A stretch of 64,000 nucleotides of DNA, from positions 124,001 through 188,000 of the forward strand of contig NMRA01000449.1 of the NCBI GenBank assembly GCA_002633005.1, read 5' to 3'. A program made the position numbers and the translations under genes. Under the pieces are notes generated by a model. It had not been told where the DNA came from. It saw only the letters and a list, made by a program, of their open reading frames with translations, and searched no databases. Of the stretch, positions 1 through 12,330 are shown in pieces; within the stretch, counting starts at the first letter, position 1; each line of letters begins with the position of its first letter. This DNA comes from Phoronis australis (lineage: Eukaryota > Animalia > Phoronida).

Positions 1-105
1 TTATGTTTGTGGTCCGAGGTTTGGACTTAAAAAAATTGTAGCCTAATGTTTCAAATGCACAATCTTTTTATAAGAGCTAATGCTAACAACTGAATCCTTT
101 CGTAG

Positions 106-210
106 TAATTCTTGGACAGCTGTCTTTTTCACCCATTAAGCTTGAAGAAGTCGGCTCAGAGATTCCTGTCGTCAAAAATGAGTATGGTGTCCAAGGTTTT
201 AAAAATACAG
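106..210 (+). CDS. Possible internal exon of an unidentified gene entering from the left of the window
   Basis: Branch-like TGCTAAC (81-87), acceptor cctttcgtag|, donor CAG|gtatcg. The 105-nt phase 1-1 exon is open in one frame (ILGQLSFSPIKLEEVGSEIPVVKNEYGVQGFKNT). No family recognised. Confidence 0.3.
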
Positions 211-723
211 GTATCGTACTAAAACCCCTTTTGCAGTAGGAAAAAGGTACCATTTGCAGTGTTTTTAACTTTCAGAGTGAAACCCGTTGTAATCAAGGGA
301 AAAAGTTTGCTTTGGTAGGGATTTTTTCAAGCACCATTTTGAAGAGAAATTGTTTGAGAAAATCACCCAGTTGAGTGTCGTTTCTTGTATAAACTTGTGG
401 GAGTACCCCCTTGGAATGGTTTTAGGAGAGTACTCTGAAAGCCCAAGGATGGTGGAATGAACCCTATCCCTAGTATATCAAACAATGTGTGTTGAACATC
501 TTGGGAAGTACAAGCACGATTGTTATTTCGGAATGCGCTTATCCAATAGTGTCTTCTAGCTTCCAGATTTCCTTCAAATTAAATCCCTTAAAGTTGCTAT
601 AAATGCGTCTTATGTGAAAAAGAATAAATTTTGATCTGAACGACTTACCACTATATACAGGAATTGGAATGACTATAAGAGGAAAATTTTCCAGGTGATC
701 TATCATTTCACAAATAGGCTTGT

Positions 724-966
724 GTGATAGAAATATTTTTGTGTTGTAAAATTAAACTGAAATAAATGTTTTTGCATGAATCAAGTTAGCCAAAAAAATG
801 ATGATAAAAAAGAAGCTGGAAATCGAATAAGAGGAAATAAAAACAAAAAAGGAAAATTCCAAGCCCTGTATATATCCCTGTCTCAACTTGTTCCTTAGTG
901 GACTTGGAAGAATTCAAACTTTGTTATTGCTCAAAGCCATAGTTATTGCACCAGGTTTTCAGCAAT
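724..966 (+). repeat. ~250-bp direct repeat, copy 1 (copy 2 at 5942-6195)
   Basis: Closely matching sequence from GAAATATTTTTGTGTT through CCAAGCCCTGTATATATCCCTGTCTCAA to AGCAAT. This copy ends at the assembly gap. Confidence 0.9.
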
Positions 967-1017
967 NNNNNNNNNNNNNNNNNNNNNNNNNNNNNNNNNN
1001 NNNNNNNNNNNNNNNNN
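967..1017. other. Assembly gap (51 N)
   Basis: Run of N in the sequence. Confidence 1.
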
Positions 1018-1339
1018 TGTCAGACCAAAAAATCCAGTGGCTAAACAAAATTAACAATGTACCATTACCATGTGGCCCAGGATCATGATCCGTGCCTGGA
1101 CAAAAATTCAGTCTTAGAGTAGGTAAATTTTAGATTTGTGCTGTTCACACAAGCAGTTCTGGTGCAAACAAAGCTTGTGACAACACACAAGCCTACTTCC
1201 CTACACAGCTGTGCTGATAGAGTAATGCCCCCACTGGATTTAGCAGATCAGACAGAGTATTTACAGGTCCAGCCACTGTACTGTTTCCTCCCTTTGAATT
1301 TTTACAATGCTACATCCTTGACAATCGCAGATTGCCTCT

Positions 1340-2499
1340 TTTAATGCATACTCCACATCCTCTGTCCCAGTTTCCCCACATTTGCTGAAAGTGGCCTATC
1401 TCAACAAATTACTTCGGACCTGTTGTGGTATAAGCCAGTAATCTTTGGCAAATACTTTTTCCCCAACTCGTTCCTCAAGCTACAAATTGTCTTTGACATA
1501 TCTTCTGGGAGTAAACTTTACGGCCTCTCTCTAGCCCCCTCACTTAGTTGTCCAGAAGGGTACCTTCTTGCTGGTTGTGAACTTTTCCATACCCAACCTT
1601 TACTAATAATCGACAAGTCTCCAACTTCAGCAAAAGCCTTTCCTGATTCCTAAAATTGTGTTAATGAAAAATTAAACATATTAAATTTAATGTGGCCATT
1701 TCGGCTGAGAAAATATGAATAACAAGCTAAAGTGAAGGCACCAATATTTTTGATGGCTTTAGCACGTTTAATTAACTTCATAATCGCAGAAAATCATCGG
1801 TAGACAAAACATACTCCCTAGTCTTTTAAAGTAGTCCATGGGCAGAAGTCATGTTACACATTTGGTGGTCGTTAGGAAAAGTTATGATGACTACCTATTT
1901 TCTATGCCAATGTATACATGTTGCATAAACATCAACACGTTTGATATGATTAAGCAATAAGGCCCGAGTTATAAGCAATCACGGTGTGTCAATAAAAGTA
2001 TTTTTGCATGAATGACGTGCTTCTAAAAATATTCCTCAGGGTCAGACCCTGGAGTTTAGTGATTCCTACCTGAGCTCACACGAAGCAGGACATTGAACCT
2101 TGACTTAACGTCTTTGGTCATTTTTCAGACCTCTATCAGATTTCTCCTCTAGTGTGCAGTGGATGTTTTAAGTGTCTTTGGCGACGCCAATATATCTCGA
2201 GTGTTGTAACGATGATTCGGTTAAGTGAATCTAATACGGTAGATTATGTAGCTCCTGCACACCTGCCTCCGAGGCAGACACTGAGACAGACTACTTCTCA
2301 GGAGGACTCGTTCCACCTCCACATCAGCTCAACGTACTCTTATAAGGTGCTCAAATGTCTCGCTCTATACCTTGTGCATTTCCCAAGAGTTTCCAAAGTT
2401 GTTTCTCTCCGCATTTTGTAGAAATACCACATTCGATGCGACTGGCAGTGCCAGATAAATAGATAAATTCGCAAACCCGCACTAGGGGTCAGCCATCAT
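1340..2499 (-). pseudogene. Decayed, internally deleted DNA-transposon gene, possibly Sola3-type
   Basis: Two frameshifted blocks with splice-like ends. Block 2070-2499 gives MADP*CGFA...HRYN..IYWRR..KHPLH..KSDRG..SRFNVLLRVSSG. Block 1340-1649 gives ISKGWVWKSSQPARRY...GLERGRK/EDMSKT..LRNELG/KVFAKDYWLIPQQVRS. These resemble the N-terminal Cys/His and C-terminal GWA(LK)...WL..QQI.S motifs recalled from large invertebrate transposases. Confidence 0.45.
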
Positions 2500-3061
2500 T
2501 CAACTAACGCATTGCAAGCTTTAGTTTGGTATTCAGACGAATTGAATGAACAAATTTAGTAAAATTTCATATTTTATTGGGAAATGCTAGTGCCCTTAAA
2601 ATTAATTAAAAACATTTAAGCAAACCAATTGTTTTAATTGTTGTATTATACCACGGTATATTAATGCGTAGAAACGGCGCACAACTAGTGACTGGTTAAA
2701 CATGACAAATACACATACGCGGTCTGAAAATAGTGAAATTGAGACACCTATTACCAAGCCTGCCTGAAGGGCTGACAAAGTTTTTATTGTATTAATTTCA
2801 AGGGTATGGAGTCTTCTACATGTCCATGTTATTATTTTTAGTTTTCTCGCGGGGGCAGCTTCGCTATAAGGGTACAACTTACTGCTGGTTTTTCACAAGA
2901 ACCAAATGTACCTCCACGGAAACAGTTCCAGTGTTACCATGGTAACCGATATTGCAGTGTCGGTGCCGTTTTTACTGTTATTGGTCATGAGTCTATCATG
3001 TGATATGAAAATTGTTCAGAAACGATTCTGTTTGAAGCAGAAACTGGAGTAGAAAATTTGG

Positions 3062-3460
3062 TCAAAAATGACTCATTCCACACCAAGAAATTGCCCCATT
3101 TTGCCCCCAGAACACTTCCCTTGTATCTCCTAAACTACCAAACTTTGTGGTGTCATACTTCACCCATTTTTTCTCATCCCTAATGTGATTTATCAGACTA
3201 AACATGGATCTGAATGGCTGACCCCCCACCTTGCCGCTTGTTGGCTGTACAGTGGTCGGTGGATCCGTGGACTGATACTTAAAATCAGTTTCCCTCGTAG
3301 TTAAGACATCTTCAAGTGAAATCGTTGCTGATAATCTCCGCACACGAAACTCCGTAAACATGGGGTAAACAGGTCCCTCTTCAAGACGGCTACCGGGCAC
3401 AAGTTTCACTGAATGACAGACATTGCCGTTACCCATTGAAAACTGGTTCTCGGCAGCCAT
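3062..3460 (-). CDS. 132-aa ORF of unknown function, probably transposon-associated
   Basis: Strong initiation context caacATGGCTGCC and an open 132-codon frame. It lies upstream of, and co-oriented with, the transposase relic. No motif recognised. Confidence 0.2.
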   Translation of the reverse strand: MAAENQFSMGNGNVCHSVKLVPGSRLEEGPVYPMFTEFRVRRLSATISLEDVLTTRETDFKYQSTDPPTTVQPTSGKVGGQPFRSMFSLINHIRDEKKWVKYDTTKFGSLGDTREVFWGQNGAISWCGMSHF

Positions 3461-4465
3461 GTTGAAGAGTGACCTGTATACTCAACTTTCACCTGAAACT
3501 GCTTCTGGGTGAACTTTTATTTTTTCACAGTTTCTGCTGTAGGCCCACCTTAGTCCAAACTAAAGATATGCGTTCAAATGGTTTATGCACGCGAGAGTAA
3601 TGCGTTTCACGGGAAACTATTTTAGTAAAGACCCCAACATGAGAGCTAAAAGCCCGAGTCTATGCTCGAAATGTCTCCTTTGGACACAAGTTTGAAGCAT
3701 AAATCTAGGGACTATTAAGAGCGAACTGAAACAAGAACCACATCTGACACGTATGCGTAAACCACGGTATGCTCAAACACAAAATCATGGACACTTACCG
3801 TAGCGGACAAGAAATTTTCGACATATTTAGAAATTCGAGTTTGAAGTTTAGATCCTAATGGCAACAAGTTAAAGGGTCCACATTACAGATAGACATCCAT
3901 TAAACGTAAACAACGTTTGCAAATTTTGCTCGAAAAATTGTATCGACTGAATGCAGTTCAATTGTGCTGTCCAAAACAGCAACTTAACGTTACGCTGGAA
4001 CCTGGACAGCGTACATTTTAGTGTTTTAAGTTTACATTGAATAAGACGTACGAGTTCACACAGCACCAATGAAGTAACACAGCAAAAGTATTATTTTTAT
4101 ATTGAAACAGTATACTAACCTGTATTGGTCTGTGACATGTCTGTGATACAACAGGTGAGATAATCACCTCCTGAAACGAACGAACAAGGTCCTGATCTAG
4201 AATGCTTTTATCTCTAGGTCAAAATTGTCAGTAAATAGAAGTTGCGAACGTAATTACACGTACGTGATATCGCCTTAAAATGTCTGTTGAATTCCTTTCC
4301 CTTCGCAATGGCACTGTCACGAACCTACAATGCCAAAATATCCGTCGAACACTTTTTAGCCTCACGGTCGGTGTTCGTGGCATTGGAGTTCTACATGTCC
4401 TTTGTTGTTGGCGTCAGTATTTCTTAAAAGTTCTTCTCGGCTGCATGACTATATTAGTCCTCCCA

Positions 4466-4530
4466 ATGAAGTATTACTGCTGTGCTCTGGGCTGCTACTC
4501 CAATGGGAAAACGTCGGATAAACGGCTTAA
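4466..4530 (+). pseudogene. N-terminal THAP zinc-finger fragment truncated at a TTAA
   Basis: MKYYCCALGCYSNGK matches the THAP start pattern M-x-x-CC-x-x-GC-x-S/N. The similarity stops at TTAA 4527-4530, where a transposon terminus begins. Confidence 0.4.
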
Positions 4531-5210
4531 GGTAGGTGGACACACACAAAAAATAATTTTGACTGTTTTGTACATTTTTATGTCACCCTAATCTTTGATT
4601 CTTGACGCACAGTATACTGAAGAAAAATAATATCATTCTGAAAATCCAAAGTTGTTTTTTAACTGTATTTGACCAAGCTTCAGTAAGTCATATGGCTTGA
4701 GTGCTCACCAGCTCAGTGACTGACAACTGGGGCGGAGCTTATACAAGGACACTGGCTCTAATCTAACCTTGTCAACAAACATTGCGTAACCGGGCAATCG
4801 AGAGTGTTGTAGGCTACCAGCTGATAGATGTTGTAGCAAGAATAAAATAATTCTATTTTTGACCATACTAAAGTTGGTGGTGAAATGGTGAACTAGCTCC
4901 TGTTCCGAGCCTGAGCCTGTTAGTCCATCTGCAAAAAAATATGTTGAGTACGCCAAGTCCTACCGAAGCGATCACTGCAGTCAGCTTGAGGAGTCGGTGC
5001 AGAGATTGTGCGTGTACAAGAGAAGTCGGAAAGGTGAGGTGCCTTGCAAGAGGAAGCTGAACGTCGACGTGGGTGGTGTTGCACGATTCGGAGAGAGTGC
5101 ATGCACGCACTGTGAAGACACGCCGCGCGCGTGAGACATGGACAACTACATGCCGTAGGAGTAACTTGGTTCCCGGGCCTCACAAGCTGACGTCACGGAT
5201 TGATTGTGAA

Positions 5211-5308
5211 GGCCCANATTCACACCCCCAAACTGCCAAATGGAATCTGGGAGAATTTTAGGCAGGGCCATGGCCCCCTTGCTGCCCCCCTCCCTACATC
5301 CGTCACTG
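5211..5308 (-). mobile_element. hAT-like MITE, partial copy of the 41405/56128 family
   Basis: The reverse complement matches CAGTG-CGGAT...CCATGGC..CTAAAATTCTCCCAGATTCCATTTGGCAG in the other copies. Confidence 0.7.
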
Positions 5309-5467
5309 TACAGTGTTACATTTGTCACAGTATTCACTCCTTAGAACACCACAATTTTCGACCCTTCAGGTAGCCACAATTCTAGAGCTACGCCCCTCCC
5401 CACGCTGCCATAATTGTTTCTTCCCATTTCCCTCTTTGAGGTGGGACCCCGCACAACTTGAGGGTCT

Positions 5468-5889
5468 TAAGCCATTCAGATCATCTTGGGTATATTCGGA
5501 GCATTAAATTTCTCCTTTAAGGTGAATTTAACCAGCTTGACTTTCAAACTTAGTGGAGAATGATTGGCCATAATGACCAAAAGTTTGAGCATGCACTGAA
5601 CACAATTACTTCCAAGGGCATCCAGAACAACTCGGGTGTTTTTGTAACCTCAAATTTCACCTAATAGGTGAACGCTTCAGTTAGCCTATTATTCTCAAGA
5701 CTGAAAATCACGTGACCTGCCATATTTTGGATAACGTTCATCTTCAAGAGGATATTTTAGGCTACGAAAATACCTGAAGTGCTTCGAAGAAAAATTTGTA
5801 AATAAGAAAATAGTTGACATGCTCTAGATGTTCCGAGGGTAAATTTGTACTACGAAAATACCCGAGAGGTGTCCCAAATGGGCCCTAAG
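5468..5889. mobile_element. Palindromic PIF/Harbinger-like MITE
   Basis: Diverged inverted arms (GCCATTCAGATCATCTTGGGTATATTCG versus CGAAAATACCCGAGAGGTGTCCCAAATGGGCCC), internal repeats of CTACGAAAATACC, and a TAA flank. Confidence 0.5.
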
Positions 5890-5941
5890 CTTTAGTTTTA
5901 TGCATAATCTGATACCAGAAGAATCTCCACCCATTTAGACA

Positions 5942-6195
5942 GTGAGAAATATTTTTGTGTTTTAAAATTTAACTGAAATAAATGTTTTTGCATGAATCAA
6001 GTCAAAATAATGATGAAAAAGAAGCTGGAAATCTAGTAAGAGGGAATAAAAACAAAAAAAGGAAATCCTCTTAAAAGAGGAAAATTCCAAGCCCTGTATA
6101 TATCCCTGTCTCAAGTTGTTCCTTAGTGGACTTGGAAAAACTCAAACTTTGTTATTGCTCAAAGCCATGGTTAATGGACCTGGTCTTAAGCAATA
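5942..6195 (+). repeat. ~250-bp direct repeat, copy 2
   Basis: Matches 724-966 with scattered substitutions and small indels. Confidence 0.9.
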
Positions 6196-7652
6196 AGAAA
6201 CTATCAGTTCAAGTGAAGCCAATATGCCACGTGTATTCTCAGTAAGGAACATAACATGAAGATTCACACCGGACACTAGTATCCAAATCCAACTGATGGA
6301 CATGCCAATCTTCATGCGAGCAATTGTGATTAGATTTACCAGCTACTATTTTGGCCAAAAACAACATTGTTAGTACAAGACCAATCTTATATTGTTACAT
6401 GATGGTTCTAAAAAGAGGTTGGATTAATAGCAGCTTGAAAAATGGTACACTTTGTGCATAAGGAACTTAAGAAGGGTTCATTTTTTCAATACAGTTTAGT
6501 ACAGATGTTTTCTTATTTTCCACCATGTATTTAAATGCTTTTTGGGCTAAACATATTCTAGCCCAGTCTTGTATGGATTGATTTAAAACCCTGAAAAGGG
6601 ATTATGTGATCATGTTTGGCAATACACCTCTAGAGTGAAGCTTTCAATCCAAATCGAACTCGAAATTGTTTTTGTCACTTCCAGTCCACTTTCTTGCGAG
6701 ATCAAGAAAGTACTTAATGACCACTAGATTCGGACTAAAATTTGAGTAAAAACTGAAGATTTCTAGTAAAACCTCGAACTCAGACTCGAACTTTTAGCTC
6801 TAATGCTGGGATAAGTAATTGCCATCAATAAGCTCTCCAATATAGAATAAAAGAAACTTATCTCGAGTTCAAACAAAAGTAGAATAGAAAATAACAAAAA
6901 ATCTTGAGTAAAAAGTTGAGACCCAGGGCCCAGATGTTATTTTCATAATAGTCTATGCTTTCGCAAGGCAGTGAATGTGGAACTTGAGTGGAAGCCGGGT
7001 CTTTAATAACCTATTCCCCCAGCACCACTGGTGTAGTCAGAATTATTCAACAGAGGTTGCCAAACTTGAAATTGTTGGCGACCAATGATTGTGACTGTAA
7101 TGATAGGAAACCTGGAGGCACTGCATGAACAGGGGACAGGGACAGAGGAGCTAGGCAAGCACAAAACTGAAATGAGTTTCTATCAGGGGAAGGGTCTGCA
7201 ATGAAGAGGGTGTAGCCTTGCTGTGCGTCCTATAGCTATGTTAATGCCGAGATTTAGTACTTCAGTCTATCCTTAAACTAGACCATATTTCTAATCAATA
7301 TATCAGAAAAATAAAGTTCCCAATGTTAGACAAATTTCTTAGCATGTTGTGTCTTTTGTAGCTTATGAGTGTAATATTTCCAGGAACACATTAATGATGT
7401 CACGGTTTTTAATTTTGAGTCAATGTGAGGGTGTTTGCCAGTGCGAATGTTCTCAAGGATTTCATACTGCCCAACTCTTGCCACAAGGAGACCCCCTCAA
7501 TAAGAGTCAAATTTGTAATTTTGAAAAACTTTTCGAAAAGACCGAAATGTTGACTAAAATCACTGCTGTATTATGTAGATCATAACCACAAGAATGAAAC
7601 ACTAGCTTGTTGCTCAAAACACTGAGCAAAGCATAATGGTAATAGTCACATA

Positions 7653-7752
7653 CAGGGGACCCCCACTTTGAGAACCAGTGTTTTCTACTGCATAACAAGA
7701 ACCAGTTTTTCACTGGCGTTAAAACATGTTCTCAAAATGCGGATTGCCAGTG
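7653..7752. mobile_element. Tc1/mariner-like MITE (same family as 30952)
   Basis: TA-CAGGGGACCCCCACTTTGAGAACCAG ... GTTCTCAAAATGCGG inverted termini. Confidence 0.5.
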
Positions 7753-10700
7753 AGTGACTATTGCCTGGATAACAATCCAACCCACCTAACACACAAGAAA
7801 TTGTCGATTTGGGTTAAGTGACCCAACTTAAAATCAATGAAGTACCATGACCTCCCAATTTTGAAATGTGAGATGATTTTGCAACTAGTCATTTCAACGA
7901 ACCAGGTTTTTAAAGCTCGATTGCTTACATAGTCTAACTCCAAAATGACCATAATAGTTTTTGAATGTTTTAGAATGGTTCTGGTTTTGCAATTAGACAG
8001 AAATTAATAGATTGTTGCAAACTGCAGCACTTGACATCATGTGAATGTGGAAAGCAAAAAAATGAAACAGTCGACGAGTCGGGGTCCAAGAGAGAGGACA
8101 CTTGCATAGATTGCATATGATCAAATGTGCCCCTCTGACCAGTGACTCAGGCATTGCAAAAGTCACCATGAAAGGGCAAATTTCCAAATAAATTCCACAC
8201 AAAAGTGTTTACTTTTAGGTTTGAACTGTATAAAATGATCCATTTTTACACCATAACCACTGAATGTTTCATATACAACTGAGGCTTCTTGTGTTAAAAA
8301 GAATACAGTCCACCTTTTTGCTGAAATTCAATTCCCTGTAAATAATAACTTTGCATAATAATTATTATGTTATCAGAAAAGTTGACTATTCCATTGAGGC
8401 TCTAACCAAAATGGGTCAGTTTTAATGACTGTGCCAACTCACATAAGGGTGAGGTTTTATCTTGCTAAAGAGTGGGTATAATCCTAATTTCACAGCAACA
8501 AACACCCTCCGAAATAATTGAACACTCCACACGACTGTACGATGCCGTCGATGGCAGTCATTGTTGAATGGCACCGCCAAAAGCGATAATGTCAGTCATT
8601 ATAAAATTATTGCTAGACTACTTAATGTTTGTGTGTTTAGGACCATTGACTGAATTTTTATGCTCCTAACTTCTGTTAGTAGTGACAAGTGTGCCAGTCT
8701 ACTATGCAATGACAATGAATAATAGCAGAATTTCAGCATATATCCTTATCTGACCCACTAGTTCAACCTTCACGGCATTCACGGGAGCTAATATAACGTA
8801 CATGAACACGTCAACATACGAGAGGGTGTGCTCTGAAAAGATCGAGACAATCTCCCATGGCCGCGACGCACTCGGCCTAAAATGACTGTTGAGTGTTGTG
8901 GGTGGCCTAATTTCTTCCACAAATTATTTCGTAAAAAGTCACATCACTTCAGAATGCAGCATAGCATACAAGATAATTATATAAAATGTTTCGGATAAGA
9001 TACTGGTGATGTATTCTTGACTCGTTAGCTTTGAAATGCGGGAGTTTGATGAAAACAGAGAGATTTAAACGGCTGTAAATCCATCGACATTTTTTACTGG
9101 AAGACGCCATGTTGGTGAACTAGTTTGACCCATTATACAACTGACTAATAGAATGCCTTGTTTCTTGAAATCGGAACAGCCAATGATATTCCAAGAATGC
9201 GGATGGAAAAGTGCCCTGTAGCAGACCCCAACCAACCTCGAGGGTCTGTGCTGGAGACTAAGTTGAGTTTTTGCAGATAAATCGTGCTTCTGTGCTAGGA
9301 ACGCGCCGTGGAGAAACTAGGCTGTCAAACTCAGGGGATTTTTAACTTGCCACCGGCAGTAACCCAACGAATTAGAGAAATGACCCAGTGTTCAACATAG
9401 CAAAATTGTTCTCGTGCATAGATTCAAACGTATCCCTGAATTAAAGCTCATGATATTATACAATTTTAGAGGAAAGCAATATAAAAAACTTTGGTAACTT
9501 GAGAATCTCACCCAAGCGACGCTATTTGCGCAGAAAGTGATTTTTTCTTATCCCTGAGTCCATTCGGTCAAAATGTCGGCGGTGCAGGCATGTGAAAATG
9601 CTGAATCATTATGATGAAAGTAGGCCAAGTTCTTTATCCTCGTCGCCAATATTGTTATGTAAACTGTAACGCGGCAATTTGATATAACACATATATTGCT
9701 TTAAGAAGAGACGGTAACTACATTTATATGCGCTAACTGCGAAGCGATACCGAAGCTAGTTTACAGTGAAACAACACGTGTAGTTGAGATAAAAGGTCAT
9801 ATATATTATGACAAACTAAACTACAAAGAGAAATTGAGTGAAAAATGAAAGTTGGAGAGAATTGTGGACGATGGCCCAGTGTTGCGACAAGACAAAGAGA
9901 TCACGTGGTACCATTGAACCAATAATCGTAAAACAAAGAGGGTCACAGACCTGAGAATCCAAACAATATGATAATGAGGACGAGGCAGTATAGCTTACAT
10001 AAAATAATTTAATACTTAAATAGTTTATAATATTGGAATACCAACAAATAGGTCTATGTGAGAGGAGAGTTCAGATGAGTAGCATAAACAATCAACACGT
10101 GGTTTTAATAAGCGGTCAGGCACACCAGTACAGCAGACAATAGATCAACGCTAAGCTCCGCCCACGTGACAGCCATATTTGATTTGGTCGTCTGTCGTCC
10201 TTCACAAATTTGAAAAAATGATTAAAATTACGCTTTAAACAAACAGGTATGTCACATTTTCTAAACATGAAGTAAATATCAGCTTTATTTCTAATACATC
10301 AACAAAAATTGGAATTTATGACCGCACATTCTGAACGAAATTTGACCTCAAGTGGCAATCGACACCCTCTTAACTTCAAAGCGGTTTTTCTCGGCTCGTG
10401 ACTTCAGGGTAGTGACAAAATTCTCGGGCCTATTTTTCCGCAACACGTGGGTCAATTTTTACGTAATTTGCAAATTTGAAATCCTCTTGGACTGAAATAA
10501 AATCTCTTGCCAGGGTTTTTTGGTACATGGACCAGATTTTTAGTTATTAGACGGAAAGTGACCAAATGACAGAAAGTGGCGTGCTTGTCCCACCTCATAC
10601 GCAAAAAATGCCAAAAATCAAGATCATTAGGATTTTGTACACATATTTGGTATGGATAAGTAGAATATTACATAAGAAAACAGTTGATGATAATGCATTT

Positions 10701-12147
10701 TGAAAAAAAATCGAGGTAAAACTGGATTTTTTGAAAATTAAAAATTTAATACGATTTAAAAAAAATGAATAATAAAAACTTTTTTTTTCGACTTTTGTCA
10801 CTTTCAGAGTCATGTCTAACTAGTTAAAACTCCCTTTTTACTCATTTTAGTTGGGAACCTGGAGATTTGACCAGTGTATACACCTACCTTAAATTACCAA
10901 GAATTTTAACCGTGTTAGCCAGAGGCATCGGTATATTAATATACACTGTATGCTCAAATACGACAAATGTCTTTAATAAAATAGGTACTAGTTCGGGTTA
11001 AACACCCACTGCTTTGACATTTATGGTTGGGCGAACCTTTTTCTTTTCAGGGGTTTAATTTTATAAGCAAAGTTATTTGTAGCGAACTATTTTAGTATTG
11101 CGCTATCTCACAAAGAAAAAATAATTGGACAAATTAAGGACCCTGCTAACTCAACATGAATATGCTGGCATAACTGTGCACGTAACAAAGCCCACCTTAT
11201 AAGCTTGATGAGATTTAGGGGTTATGTGTAAAAGTTCGAGACCTGGTTATAGTTTATAGTCAAACATCATCGACACAATAAAAGGTTTCGCTTTAACTCT
11301 GCTTTTCGGTTATAAGTATACAGCATTAGTAACTTTATATCGTGTCTCTAAAGGGGGTCACCCACGTAATCATCTAAAACCTTTGTCTATATAGACTATG
11401 AACATGTCAGATATATCGCGACAGGGGGCGTCATTAACTTCTCACTTTCTACGCGTATTGCTAATGATGACTGATGAAAAATATCAAGTGTTAATCAAGT
11501 AAGTAAATAACGACATATCTATCCAACGTTTCGGTTTATTACTCTAAACCATTGTCAAGGAAACAGTTCACAGACTCTAAACAGGCGACACAGGTAAAGA
11601 AGAGACTGTACAGGTACACGTCAAAATACATTGTGATGGGAGAGACCAGAAATCAGAACAGTTGGAGCTCAAATGAACCAATGTTTCTATTGAGATAACG
11701 CTCAACATGGTTCAACCGAGATAATTTTAATGCAACGTTTTATCAAGGGAAACAAAAGAGTCATTTTAGAAAACCATCTTTTGATATCCATTGAAATTTT
11801 GAGAAAAAATAGCTGGTCCATATTTTTTAACAAAGGCAAATGGCGATTTCCACCCAGTCACTCATAAACCTGGGTGCCAGTAAATGTTTGAAGCTTGCAA
11901 TAGAATCCGTGTTTTCATAAGAAAAACAAAACACGTGAAAGACCACGGTAGCTTTCCTTTAGTAATCCTCAGAACGATCTGAAAGTATAAACATTTGATG
12001 AAATTCGCTGACAACGGACTGAAACCTATATATGCACTTCATTTTTAATTATAGATTGTTGTTCAAAGCGATTGTTTTTGGTTGGAGCAGTTAATATAAC
12101 AGATTAGAACTTTTACATAGTTATAGATCCATAGTTTGCGGTTATGT

Positions 12148-12330
12148 TCATGGCTGCTTTTGATCTTTTCCCTCGTGTTTCTCCAATTCGTACAAGTCTG
12201 TTAATCTGTCGTCCATATCCATGGCCCATGCTTGTTTTTCGCCACTTGCCAGGATGCAGTAAACAATGGCGCCAAACAGATAGACAGAGGCCCAAATGTA
12301 GAATACCTTTTGCCATTCAGATCGGGAACC
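12148..12330 (-). CDS. SLC17A5-like: SLC17 transporter, terminal exon
   Basis: tttcag|GSRSEWQKVFYIWASVYLFGAIVYCILASGEKQAWAMDMDDRL...KQP-TGA. Confidence 0.95.
   Translation of the reverse strand, partial: GSRSEWQKVFYIWASVYLFGAIVYCILASGEKQAWAMDMDDRLTDLYELEKHEGKDQKQP

Larger units (their letters stand above)
4527..10892. mobile_element. Pair of Kolobok-like inverted termini flanked by TTAA (one composite element, or two separate ends)
   Basis: TTAA-GGTAGGTGGACACAC at 4527 and GTGTATACACCTACC-TTAA ending at 10892 are inverted repeats with 2 mismatches. Confidence 0.4.

Noticed and set aside
649-1095. Possible minus-strand micro-exons (about 649-699 and 1069-1095)
   Set aside because: Short AG...GT-bounded open segments are expected by chance, and no parent gene is identifiable.
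724-6195. LTR retrotransposon bounded by the 250-bp direct repeats
   Set aside because: No TG...CA ends, primer-binding site, polypurine tract or gag/pol remnants were seen.
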